The notes beneath the pieces are model-generated. The model had not been told where the DNA came from. It was given only the letters and a program-made list of their open reading frames with translations, and did no database searches. A DNA stretch of 64,000 nt from Chiloscyllium plagiosum (taxonomy: Eukaryota): contig NC_057717.1 of assembly GCF_004010195.1 (NCBI RefSeq), forward strand, positions 40,850,984 to 40,914,983, in the 5' to 3' direction. The stretch's first letter is position 1; every line of letters begins with the position of its first letter. A program made the translations under genes and the position numbers. This document shows, piece by piece, positions 1-10,050 of the stretch.

Positions 1-202
1 GAATAATTACTCAGGGTATGCTACAGGTAATCACAAATGTTTCACAGATCAAAACACATCAACAATAGTAAGCATCGTTTCAGCAATAGTTGGAGTTGCC
101 ATTTTGAAGGTGGTGGCTTCACCCTGTGAAGGAGTAATCTGAAGATTGGCTGTTTGTATCAGAAAGGGGCATTTTTCATTGACTTTGATTTTTGTTTCAT
201 AG

Positions 203-510
203 AAGATACCGAGTGCCACCTAACACCTTTAAAATCCTCCCACCTCCAGTAGAACAAGTCTTACTGGAGGCGACGGTGACGTTAACCTGCGTTGTGTCCA
301 ATCTTCCTTCTGGAATCAACGTGACCTGTAAACAAGAAGAGAAGCCTCTGAAATCAGAGATTACTGACCAGCCTGGACAGAATCCCGACAGTGTGATCAG
401 CAAATTAGACATTTCTACTGAAGCCTGGCTGAATGGCGTTACTTTTGGATGTGTGGTGTACCATCAGAATCTACCGACTCCGCTGAGAGACTCCATCCAC
501 AAGGAGAAAG
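203..510 (+). pseudogene. IGHM: Immunoglobulin mu heavy chain CH3 exon (shark IgM cluster), apparently frameshifted near its 5' end
   Basis: Acceptor ttttgtttcatAG at 201-202 and donor G|GTGAGC at 511. The translation [24 protein letters not shown]...EAWL...[19 protein letters not shown] matches shark IgM CH3. Phase-1 reading from the acceptor gives [15 protein letters not shown]-stop (TAG 250-252), one base out of frame with the Ig domain. The C-strand Trp is Cys (TGT 327-329). Confidence 0.85.
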
Positions 511-965
511 GTGAGCGGTGAGATTAAAACACAAAGCATCCCATGAGTAATCCAGATCCAGTTACAGCAATGGCAGGCTTTGATTGGTAATGAACAAACA
601 CCATTGGGGGCATTAATGATGCATCTTAAAGCAGGATAGCTAGGTAGCTGATTAAGAAAAAGATGGACCAAAGGATATTGTATTCTGATTAAGTCAGATA
701 GGGTGGGAGGAAGCCTGGGTTGTGACGTTACAATCAGCAATGACAGTTGGGCAGAATGCCCTTGTTGTGGGCTGGAAACATGGAGGCAACTTTCACATTA
801 AACTTTACTCCTTTTACTGAACAGAATGTGTATCATACTGCTCCTTTAGAAAACGAAAGTGAATAAATCCCAAATTAAAAATGGCGTATTTTAATATTTA
901 GTGAAATTGTGATATTGATTCAGGACTTTTTTGGTTGATTTATATTTGACTCAAATATTCTGCAG

Positions 966-1357
966 TGATTAATCCGCTGGAGCCATCAGTGTCGGTCCTC
1001 TTGCCACCAACAGAAGAAATCTCCGCTCAGAGGTTTCTCTCCCTCACCTGTTTAGTGAGAGGTTTCTCCCCCCGAGAGATCTTCGTCAAGTGGACAAACA
1101 ATGACAAGCCAGTGAATCCCAGTAACTACAAGAACACCGAGGTGATGGCGGAGAGCGACAACACCTTTTTCTTCATGTACAGCCTGTTATCCATTACAGC
1201 GGAGGAGTGGGTCAGCGGTGCCTCTTACTCCTGGGTGGTGGGACATGAAGCGAGTCCATTGAAGATCATCAACAGAACAGTCGATAAATCCAGCGGTAAA
1301 CCGAGTTTCGTAAACATTTCACTTGCACTGATGGACACTGTTAATTCATGTCAATAA
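966..1357 (+). CDS. IGHM: IgM CH4 exon plus secretory tailpiece
   Basis: Acceptor ttctgcAG 964-965, phase 1. The translation [34 protein letters not shown]...[31 protein letters not shown] is the shark IgM CH4 and tail, with the NIS glycan site and penultimate Cys. Internal membrane-form donor G|GTAAA at 1296. The second domain Cys is Trp (TGG 1232-1234). Confidence 0.95.
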
Positions 1358-1358
1358 A
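1353..1358 (+). terminator. Secretory-form poly(A) signal overlapping the stop codon
   Basis: cAATAAA contains the TAA stop (1355-1357). A GU/U-rich element (gtgtttttttt) follows at about 1400-1410. Confidence 0.6.
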
Positions 1359-2279
1359 AATCTCAAAGTTGCATTTAATAATTCAACAGAAGCAATGAAG
1401 TGTTTTTTTTCCTCCAGTTGTGAGTTAAATACTGAATTAGTTGTTTCTCACTCTGACTTCCATTCCATCTGTGTAGTTAAAGTGGATTATTAACAGGTCT
1501 AGGACGAGTGTCTTGTGCAGTTAATGTTCTCTGCTCAGATACACACTGGGTCAGAGACAGAGTAAAGCTCACTCATTGCAGGATTCCGCCATGTACCTTA
1601 ACCATCCGAAATCCATCTGTGACAAAATCTGACAATGTTCATTTTATATCAAGGGTAGAGCATGAGTTTTGAACTTGGTGTTCTTGATTCCCCTGATTGA
1701 ACATTCTTACAAAATTCATGTCAGTTTTAAACTGCCACATTCCACCAATTGGAAATGTAAATTTAAGACATTTTAAAATTAAATTTGATTGCAACATACC
1801 AATCATTAAGAGCGCCGAGCAGTTTGAATGTAACCTTTGTTTCTGGGGAACTGCCAGGGATCTTGCGCCAGCGCATGAGTTGACAGGATGTATCTTCACT
1901 TTCACACCAAAGAGAATCGATAGATAAGTTGTCATGGAACAGAGGGGAGGGGAACGATGAATGGTCTGTCCTCTTGCTCCCTGTGCAGAGTTTTCATGGT
2001 AGATGTCCTCTAATGTAACCCAGTTACGAACAGGATCAGTCAGCTTCTTGCTTACTGTCCAAAGATTTAACATTTCCATGCAAAATAATACCTTTGAACC
2101 ACGTTGAACACGCTGGCTCTGTTAACAAATGATTAACATTGATTCCCATAATCCAAAACTGATGTTTGCATCGTCCCGGTTTGAATTCCATCGTTTTGTC
2201 TCAGTTTTCTGGAGCACATGGGATCAATTCTGGTATTCGAATACCTGATATCATTTTGTTTCACATAAGAACACAAGTA

Positions 2280-2380
2280 GACATTTCCTAATAAACATAT
2301 TCAGAAATGTTATCTCTGGGGCAGTGGGGACTTGAACTCACGCATTTTCTCTCAGAGACAGAAATTCTATCACTGCAATA
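2280..2380 (-). mobile_element. tRNA-derived SINE head fragment
   Basis: The minus strand reads gcagtgatag...GAGTTCAAGTCCC (B-box-like), followed by a SINE-like body. Confidence 0.5.
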
Positions 2381-2539
2381 GAAGAGTTGCTCATAAAACG
2401 CTTATCTCTCCACGATGATGGGAAATGTTTCCTACAACACCAAGGTCAAATCTAATTATGAGCAATCCATTAAAATTAAAACAATAAATTAGAATAATAA
2501 AAATTGCAGTCTGGTATAAGAACAGTTACAGAGAGATGA

Positions 2540-3700
2540 TCACAAATACACAAATAATGACACATATACGGGCTCTCACCTAAAGACACATATTTATGTG
2601 CACACTCAAATGTGCATATAGATAAGATGTCACACACGCATACTCGCACAGAGCCACACATGCAAGTGGTACTTGAACACTCATACAAAGCTCATACAAA
2701 AACTCACATACACCGAAAGAAAATCATTTGCACAAATGAACAGGGGTACTCACACATAACCATGAGAAACATCGACACACGGTAACACACAAATGGGCAT
2801 GAATACATATACATTCATACAGCACAATGCGTACAGACATACACGCATGAACACACAGATACAAATTCCGAAAAATGACCTCCCACATGTCGACTCACAC
2901 AGGCACGTAAGTGCACAGAGATAAACATTAATATCATTATTTTCCCATTTTCAGAATCACAAACAGACGATGACAGAGGCAGCTTAATTAGTTATTTTTA
3001 AACCACATTGATCAGCAAGTATACAATATCACACGCACACACAAATTCAGAGTCTCACATGCAGACACACAAGTGCATAGATGAACAAATAGAGGGGTGT
3101 TTATTAAATAAGGATAATGGGCACAAGGATCAGCAAGCATCCACAAACAATAGCACAAACAAGCTGATCAGGAGATGGTTTGGGAAAGATTGCCACACAA
3201 GCAGACATCATCATTTAAATATAAACATCCATCAAAACATAACATTGCATGCTAACATTTAGTAAGCATAAACATGAAAATAACCTAGTTTAGGTAGGAT
3301 CTGACACAGACACATAATCACACATTTTAGATAGCACTAATTAAAAGTGAACACTCACAAAGACATTACAAGATAAGCATAGGCAGCAATGAAGTGGCAT
3401 ATTAGCATGATGATGCTTACACAATGTGAAAAGACCAAAATGTAGGTGCACAAACACATGAGCACACCAGCAGTAAAGGAACAGGAATATGTTTATTCAC
3501 GCACAGACTCCAACATGGGCAAGAGTGAAGTAAGAGACTCTCATAACCACATGCACAAACATTAAAGGAAAACCAAACACACACCAAGCAGGAGATCAAA
3601 TAAATTAAGGGACACATGTACAAAAACTTATTCTGAAATATACAGATCCTACAAACAAATATATGAAGCAATGTCCTGACTGTGATGTCACTTATATTCA
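2540..3700. repeat. Degenerate (CA)/(ACAC)-rich low-complexity tract in the CH4-TM1 intron
   Basis: Dense cacaca/acacat motifs. Confidence 0.6.
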
Positions 3701-4127
3701 TGATTTGCCAAAAAATTGGTCACCAATACATAAAGATGAGAATCATATTTGAACTTTTATTCAGTGATGGCCAGACTTTTTAACTAAACTGCTGTCACAG
3801 CCTATATTTAAAATATAATGATATAATTAAAATAATCATTCGTCATAAGCATTCTTCAAATAATAATATCCTTAATAATAGGTTAAAATAAAAATAATTT
3901 AAAACATTCTAACATGGACAATGAAGAAAGAACATGTGCGGTTAGTATTTGTAATTTCTTGCTGAGATTCAATAACGCACTAATAGATACAGATAAGAGT
4001 CACACTTGAGAAATACCTGACTGCTTTATGAAGATGTAATGGTCTCTAATTACATGCCTTGGATGCAGATAGATCGATCTGGATCAATAAACAATCTAAA
4101 TGGGTTCTCTCGGCTTTATATTCATAG

Positions 4128-4255
4128 ATTCAATAGATCGCACTTGGATTGAAGACTATGAGGATTATAACAGCAACATTTGGATAACTGCTTCCACGTT
4201 CATCACCTTGTTCTTCCTGAGTATTTTCTACATCGCTGCCGTCACTCTGGTGAAG
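4128..4255 (+). CDS. IGHM: IgM transmembrane exon TM1
   Basis: Acceptor ttcatAG 4126-4127, phase 1 joining CH4. Reads DSIDRTWIEDYEDYNSNIWITASTFITLFFLSIFYIAAVTLVK. Donor AAG|GTGAG at 4256. Confidence 0.95.
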
Positions 4256-4394
4256 GTGAGAATAATCACATCTTTCTCACGCCAAGCAGCCCAATAGGTT
4301 TTGTGAAATCTCTAAGTGTGCCATTCAAAAAACATTAAATCTGAAAGTCCCTGATCATAAATATCTGCGTCATTGTCTTATCTCACTTTTCCAG

Positions 4395-4403
4395 GTTAAG
4401 TAA
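4395..4403 (+). CDS. IGHM: IgM transmembrane exon TM2 (VK-stop)
   Basis: tctcacttttccAG|GTT AAG TAA completes the conserved KVK cytoplasmic tail. Confidence 0.9.
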   Translation, partial: VK

Positions 4404-4832
4404 ATGAGTTGTGGACCCCTTTGATTTACCTGATCTGCTTATCAAGGTCTCTGAATTGCCAATCTACAATCTGTCCTATTGCTGACTCTAACAGTGAGAT
4501 TACTTCAGTTTATCAGCGTGTAACTGAGACAATTATTGATGGATTTTAGTTTTTGCATTGATATCTTTGAGATGGTTGTGGTTGGAAGAATTTGTAGCTT
4601 CCCAGTTGTTTGAAGCCGATTTGTTTTGTTTTTATTTGTTGCTTACTCAGAATGGTTGCCTACCCTTTCTGATGAGCCTTTGTATTCCCTTTCTTGTGAC
4701 TGTTACTGATGTACAGAAAATTCCCAGCTCACAGCGCATGTGTTCTCATCTCAATGTGGCATCCAGTCATTATATTCACTTCTGTTAGCTTTTACATCAA
4801 CTTTTTGGATAAAAATGCTTTCTGAAATGGTT

Positions 4833-4838
4833 AATAAA
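4833..4838 (+). terminator. Candidate membrane-form poly(A) signal
   Basis: AATAAA about 430 nt after the TM2 stop, with T-rich sequence downstream. Confidence 0.5.
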
Positions 4839-5439
4839 TCTTGAATGAATATTTACTAACCTTGAGTTTGCTTAATTCTTTCTTCAAGGCCAGTCAATAA
4901 TAATACATTTTCCCACATCCTACTCCTTTCCCAGCCAAGTAACTCACTTGTTCTGTTTGGTTGTGTTTCATCCAGTCATTTAGTTTAATACTGCGCTGCC
5001 TTGCAGCCCACTAATCTAAATACATCTTTCACACGATATGCCTGATGGAATACTCCAGAGGCAGAATGATTAGAGAACATTTCCTCTTATGCACAAAGGG
5101 TCACGACCTCGGGTCACCTAATGATACAAATTGGGAGCTTTGCTCCACCAGAAGCCGAAAAAAGGCAGGCAAAGGAGTTTGAAAGTTTACACCGTCTAAA
5201 CTACAAGTACTTCCAATGTCAGGGCAGCCTGGGTTAGTAATGCAGACATCACCACCTAGAGCGCCCAACGAAACATTCATCAGCCAAAAATGTCAACATT
5301 CAGTCAGGTATTCAGACACAACACGTGCACAATCCAAGGGCGGATTCTCAGAACTGCAGTTTTTCTCACACATCAATCTCATGAAGCACAATTCCTGGGA
5401 TCTACTTGACACACCACACCTGTCAAATCCTAGGTAATG

Positions 5440-6092
5440 AGACTGAGATCTATCTGATACAGGGATATTACTGAACAGCAACCCTCAAAAATAATAAATT
5501 AGAGGTCGATGTTGTTCAGGCAAGCCAGAGCTCATGAGTAGTTGAAATATTCAGCCATTGAGATCCATATGACGCAAGACGGAATTGAGAACCAATCACA
5601 GCAACTGGTTACAGAGTCAGGAAACTATTAGCAGAGGAGAACAGTCCCAATTTTTCAAAGTTGGTGAGGTGTATCATCCCGGGAATAGTGTTGTGAATCA
5701 GTCACGCACCCAATCTCATAACTTCGCATTTTTTTTCAAAAGCGTGGCACCTGAAACTAGATGCAACATTCCAGATGAGACAAGAGACTGTTTTATTTCA
5801 GTTTAACATAATTACTTTGTCTTTGTTCTCTACATCGTTATTGATGAAGTTGGGATTATTTGCTCTTCTGTCCATGTGCCATGATACATTCCCGGATTTG
5901 TGCACATATACCCGGAGGATCCTCTGTTCGTTCACCCCTTTGGGTTTTTACCCTTGTATGTTCCCCTGAGTTCATCACTAAACACAGAAGCACGTCACAC
6001 CTCCCTAAGACTGAGATCTATCTGACACACCGATTTTAATGAATAACAATCCTCAAAAATGAAAAACCACAGGTTGATTTTGATCAGGGAAG
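5440..6092. repeat. Pair of ~85-bp diverged direct repeats (5440-5524 and 6008-6092)
   Basis: Both begin agactgagatctatctga and continue ...cctcaaaaat...aggt.gat...tcagg.aag. Confidence 0.7.
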
Positions 6093-6619
6093 GCAGAGAT
6101 TAGAAGTTCTGGAAACCCTGCTGCTTTCTATGTCCTGTCCCACAACCCCTCTGTCAAACTTGATGCTCTTCGCTGTTCTTCCAATATCCTAACATTTTAC
6201 CTTAAATTCCTATTAATATTTTTCTGTAATTTTGCAATATAGACCAAAGCACAGGTTGAAACAACAAGGACTCCAAACACTGAACTCTGGGAACGTACAC
6301 GATATGGCAATCTACATTCTGAAACGGCAAACACCCGTTAACAAATGGTTGACAAGTACAAAACAGCGGATGAGATTAACTTGAACTCATCAAAATAAAA
6401 GGAAAATACTCTGGAGGTACAGCGGTGTTGGAAAGACCTGGGCAGACAGAATGGAGTTTGTTCTTAAAAATTCTTGTTCATATCCGGAATTTTCCTTCCA
6501 CACAATGTAACTTTTTATTTCCCAACACCAAGTCACCCATAGTATCTTTATTTTCAGCTACTAACCATCACCAGTAAATTGAATAATTTATTTTCAAAGC
6601 CCAACCTACCATCAAAGGT

Positions 6620-7545
6620 ACGGCAGAAGTAGGAAGAGCTAGAAGGAGATTGGAGTCAATTTTTCTTGTGGTGAAACATTACCGCTGTTCTAACACAAGA
6701 TATTTCTGAGGAATGTTCTAGTGAAGTTATGTTGATGGAACTCATAAATAAGAAAAGCATGATTAAACTTTGATGCAATTGTAGTAGTCCTCCCAGTAGT
6801 CAGAGTGAAATTGAGTACAACTATGTAGAGAGATCTTATTTATCCATAAGAATAATAGGATTGTAATAATCGCAAAGTTTAACCTTCCAAACATATAGTG
6901 GAACAGCCATGTTCTTAAAAGCTTGGATGTTGAGGGATTTCGTAAGTGCTAAAGTCAATTTTCTTCATTCATATGCAGATGTAACTACCACAGAAGGAGC
7001 AAACCTGGCCTACTCTTGTGATATAAGGCAGGGCAAGTGACCAAATGGTTAGTATGCGGGCTTTTTGGGGCCGGGGTCATAATTCGATTAGTTGTAAAAT
7101 ATCAATGGAAAGGATTGGCATTATATATAAGTTAAAGTTCTTAATTGGACTAGGGCAAATTTTGATAGTATGAGACAAAAACTTTCAAGCGTTGATTGGA
7201 GTAGACTGTTTGCAGCTCAAGGGACGGCCGGCAAGAGTGAAGCTTTCAGATGTGAGATAACGAGAGTTCAGAGGCGTGATGTTCCTGTTACTGTGAAGGG
7301 ATGGCTGGTAAGAGGAGGGACCACTGGAGGAATAAAAATATTGAGGCTCTGGTTCAGATTAAGAATGAATCGTATATTAGATATAGAGAAATGATATCAA
7401 GTGAATCTCGAAGAGTACAAGAGGTGCAGGGACATTCTAAATAGGGAAATGAGGAGGGCAAGAAAGGAAAATGAGATAGCCTTGGGAGATAATGTTCATG
7501 ATAATCCAAAGAGATTCGACTTGTACATTAAGAGTAAAGGGGTAG
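6620..7545 (+). mobile_element. Degenerate CR1-type LINE ORF2 fragment (endonuclease/linker region)
   Basis: Decayed frames LSSVDWSRLF and LNREMRRARKENEIALGDNVHDNPKRFDLYIKSK, typical of CR1 ORF2. Confidence 0.8.
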
Positions 7546-8000
7546 ATCATAGAGTCATAGAGATGTACAACTTGGAAACAGATCTTTCAATCTCACTTGC
7601 CCATGCTGACCAGATATCCTAAACTAATCTAGTCATTTTTGCCAGTACTTCGCCCATATCCCTCTAAACCCTCCTATTCGTATACACACTCAGATGCCTT
7701 TTAAATTTTGAAATTGCACCAGCCTCCACCACTTCCTCTGGCAGTTCATTCCATACACACCATCCTCTGCATGAAAAAGTTATTCCTTCCGTACATTCAA
7801 ATTTTATCCGTCTCACTCTAAACCTATACTCACGAGTATACGTTTAGATGAGACTCCACCCACCCCAGGAAAGAAACCTTGTCTATTCACCGTATCCATG
7901 CCTCTGATGATTTTATAAACCTTTATAAAGTCACGCCTCAGCCTCCAACGCTCCAGGGAAATCAGCCCCAGCTCATTCAGCCTCTCCCTATATAACTCTA
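7546..8000 (-). mobile_element. CR1 LINE 3' end inserted in the opposite orientation
   Basis: catagagtcatagagatgtac... 3' microsatellite tail, followed by reverse-complement RT C-terminal sequence. Same family as 27217-27914. Confidence 0.8.
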
Positions 8001-8033
8001 CATGGCTGTGAATATGTATAAGCCGAGAAGGAT

Positions 8034-8533
8034 NNNNNNNNNNNNNNNNNNNNNNNNNNNNNNNNNNNNNNNNNNNNNNNNNNNNNNNNNNNNNNNNNNN
8101 NNNNNNNNNNNNNNNNNNNNNNNNNNNNNNNNNNNNNNNNNNNNNNNNNNNNNNNNNNNNNNNNNNNNNNNNNNNNNNNNNNNNNNNNNNNNNNNNNNNN
8201 NNNNNNNNNNNNNNNNNNNNNNNNNNNNNNNNNNNNNNNNNNNNNNNNNNNNNNNNNNNNNNNNNNNNNNNNNNNNNNNNNNNNNNNNNNNNNNNNNNNN
8301 NNNNNNNNNNNNNNNNNNNNNNNNNNNNNNNNNNNNNNNNNNNNNNNNNNNNNNNNNNNNNNNNNNNNNNNNNNNNNNNNNNNNNNNNNNNNNNNNNNNN
8401 NNNNNNNNNNNNNNNNNNNNNNNNNNNNNNNNNNNNNNNNNNNNNNNNNNNNNNNNNNNNNNNNNNNNNNNNNNNNNNNNNNNNNNNNNNNNNNNNNNNN
8501 NNNNNNNNNNNNNNNNNNNNNNNNNNNNNNNNN
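8034..8533. other. Assembly gap (N run)
   Basis: 500 N. Confidence 1.
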
Positions 8534-9006
8534 AATCCCTACAGTGCAGACAATGACCGTTTGGCCCATTGAATCTGTACCGCACCACCGAAGAGCAACA
8601 CAATCCCCTACCCTTTCTTTCCAAAACCGCATTGAGTATTCACCGACGAAAATAGAAATTAGCAGGACAGCTCTGCAGTCTGACAGCGTCAGTGGGGAGA
8701 AAGCAGTGTCAAAGCTTCAGTAGAGAGCTGTCCAGAAGAAGGCTCACTCAACCCCAAACATTAACTCCGAATCTTCTTGTACTGTAATTCTTAATTTTGT
8801 CTCTGATTTACAGCACTTAAATTTATTTTGGGGTTTATTTAGCATTAATCTAACATGCATGCACTTAGACTGGGTGACGAAGCTGGAGTAGCTGGAAGGA
8901 ACCCGTGCGCGAGAACGTGCAACCTCCACACAGTTAGTCTCTCAAGGCTGAATTCGAAACCCGGTTCCTGGCACTGAAATACAACAGTGCTAACCACAGA
9001 GTTGCC
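8534..9006 (-). mobile_element. Fragmented HE1-like SINE (tail 8534-8640, head 8935-9006) with an intervening Penelope-like fragment (~8650-8820)
   Basis: Tail aatccctacagtg...; head ...gaattcgaaacccggttcctggcactg...gctaaccac. Between them is a decayed cagaagaaggctcactcaaccccaaacattaac hammerhead-like remnant. Confidence 0.55.
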
Positions 9007-9693
9007 CCAAAAGGCAAACGGCTTCCCCGATGGGGAAATAAACCTCTGACTCGCGCGGGAACGGGCAGAAGTACGACCCAGGACTTCTGTGCAGAAAGAT
9101 TTCCCTCAGCCTCTGTGTTGGTACTGAACAATAACAACCGCGAAATTATCCTAACTTCTCGTTTAAGTCACTTACCCGAGAGTCCTGTATAATTTGGCAT
9201 CACAAATTCACATCTGAACAGTCCTTAAATTTAGGGGGGGCTTCTGACACTTGATGTTAGTTCCAGATACCAAACACACCAGAGCTGAAAACGTTACTCA
9301 AACCTTACTGCCTCTTAACTCAAATCTATGCTCCCAGGTGATTGATATATTCATCAACAAGAAACGTTTCTTTCAATCTACCTCATTATTTTGTACAACT
9401 CAATCTTGTATCCTTTCAATCCCCTCTGCGCGAAGAAAAACAATCCCAGCCTGCCTAAACGCTCTTCATAACTGAAGCTCTTCAAAAATACATTATCCTG
9501 ATAAATCTCTTCTGCACGGTTCCCATTGCAATCACATTCCTGCTGTGATGTGAATTGTAGAACTGCTCACAATACTCTAGCCAGAGGCGAACGAACAAAT
9601 GATGTAAAAAAAACGCAGAAAGCCACAGGAAACTTTCCAGTAAAATTGACTTTGGTCAATACTGCCCTATGTCCTTTTAATAAAATCATATAA

Positions 9694-10050
9694 TCCCTAC
9701 AGTGTGGACATAGAATGCGTGGCCCAGCAGGTCCACACCGATCCTCCGAAGAGTAAACCTCCCTACGCAATCCCCTTCACTATTATCCGAAAATTACCTA
9801 TAATTAATGCACCAAAGGTTTAAAAATACCGAAAAGGATTGATACTTTAACATGGCCATTTCAGCTAACCTGTTAAAAATCACACAACACCAGGTTATAG
9901 TCCAACTGCCTTAATTGGAAGCACTAGATTTCGGAGTGCCGCTCCTACAACCACCTGGTGTTGTGTGATTTTTAACTTTGTACACTCCACTCCAACACCT
10001 GCATCTCCAAATCAGCACCAAACCTGCACATCTTTGGATTTTCCTGAACC
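9694..10050 (-). mobile_element. HE1-like SINE fragment interrupted by a Penelope-derived insert
   Basis: tccctacagtgtgga...catggcca...aacctg [insert] aacctgcacatctttgga. Confidence 0.7.
9872..10013. mobile_element. Penelope-like pLTR-derived insert with a 24-bp perfect inverted repeat
   Basis: gttaaaaatcacacaacaccaggt (9872-9895) and its exact reverse complement (9953-9976). Same family as 17712, 31730 and 45645. Confidence 0.7.

Noticed and set aside
966-1357. Assignment as IgNAR or IgW
   Set aside because: The CH3 and CH4 motifs and the [20 protein letters not shown] tail match shark IgM as I know it; the IgNAR tail differs.
8730-8765. Functional hammerhead ribozyme
   Set aside because: Both the CUGA and GAAA core motifs are mutated; kept only as a relic.
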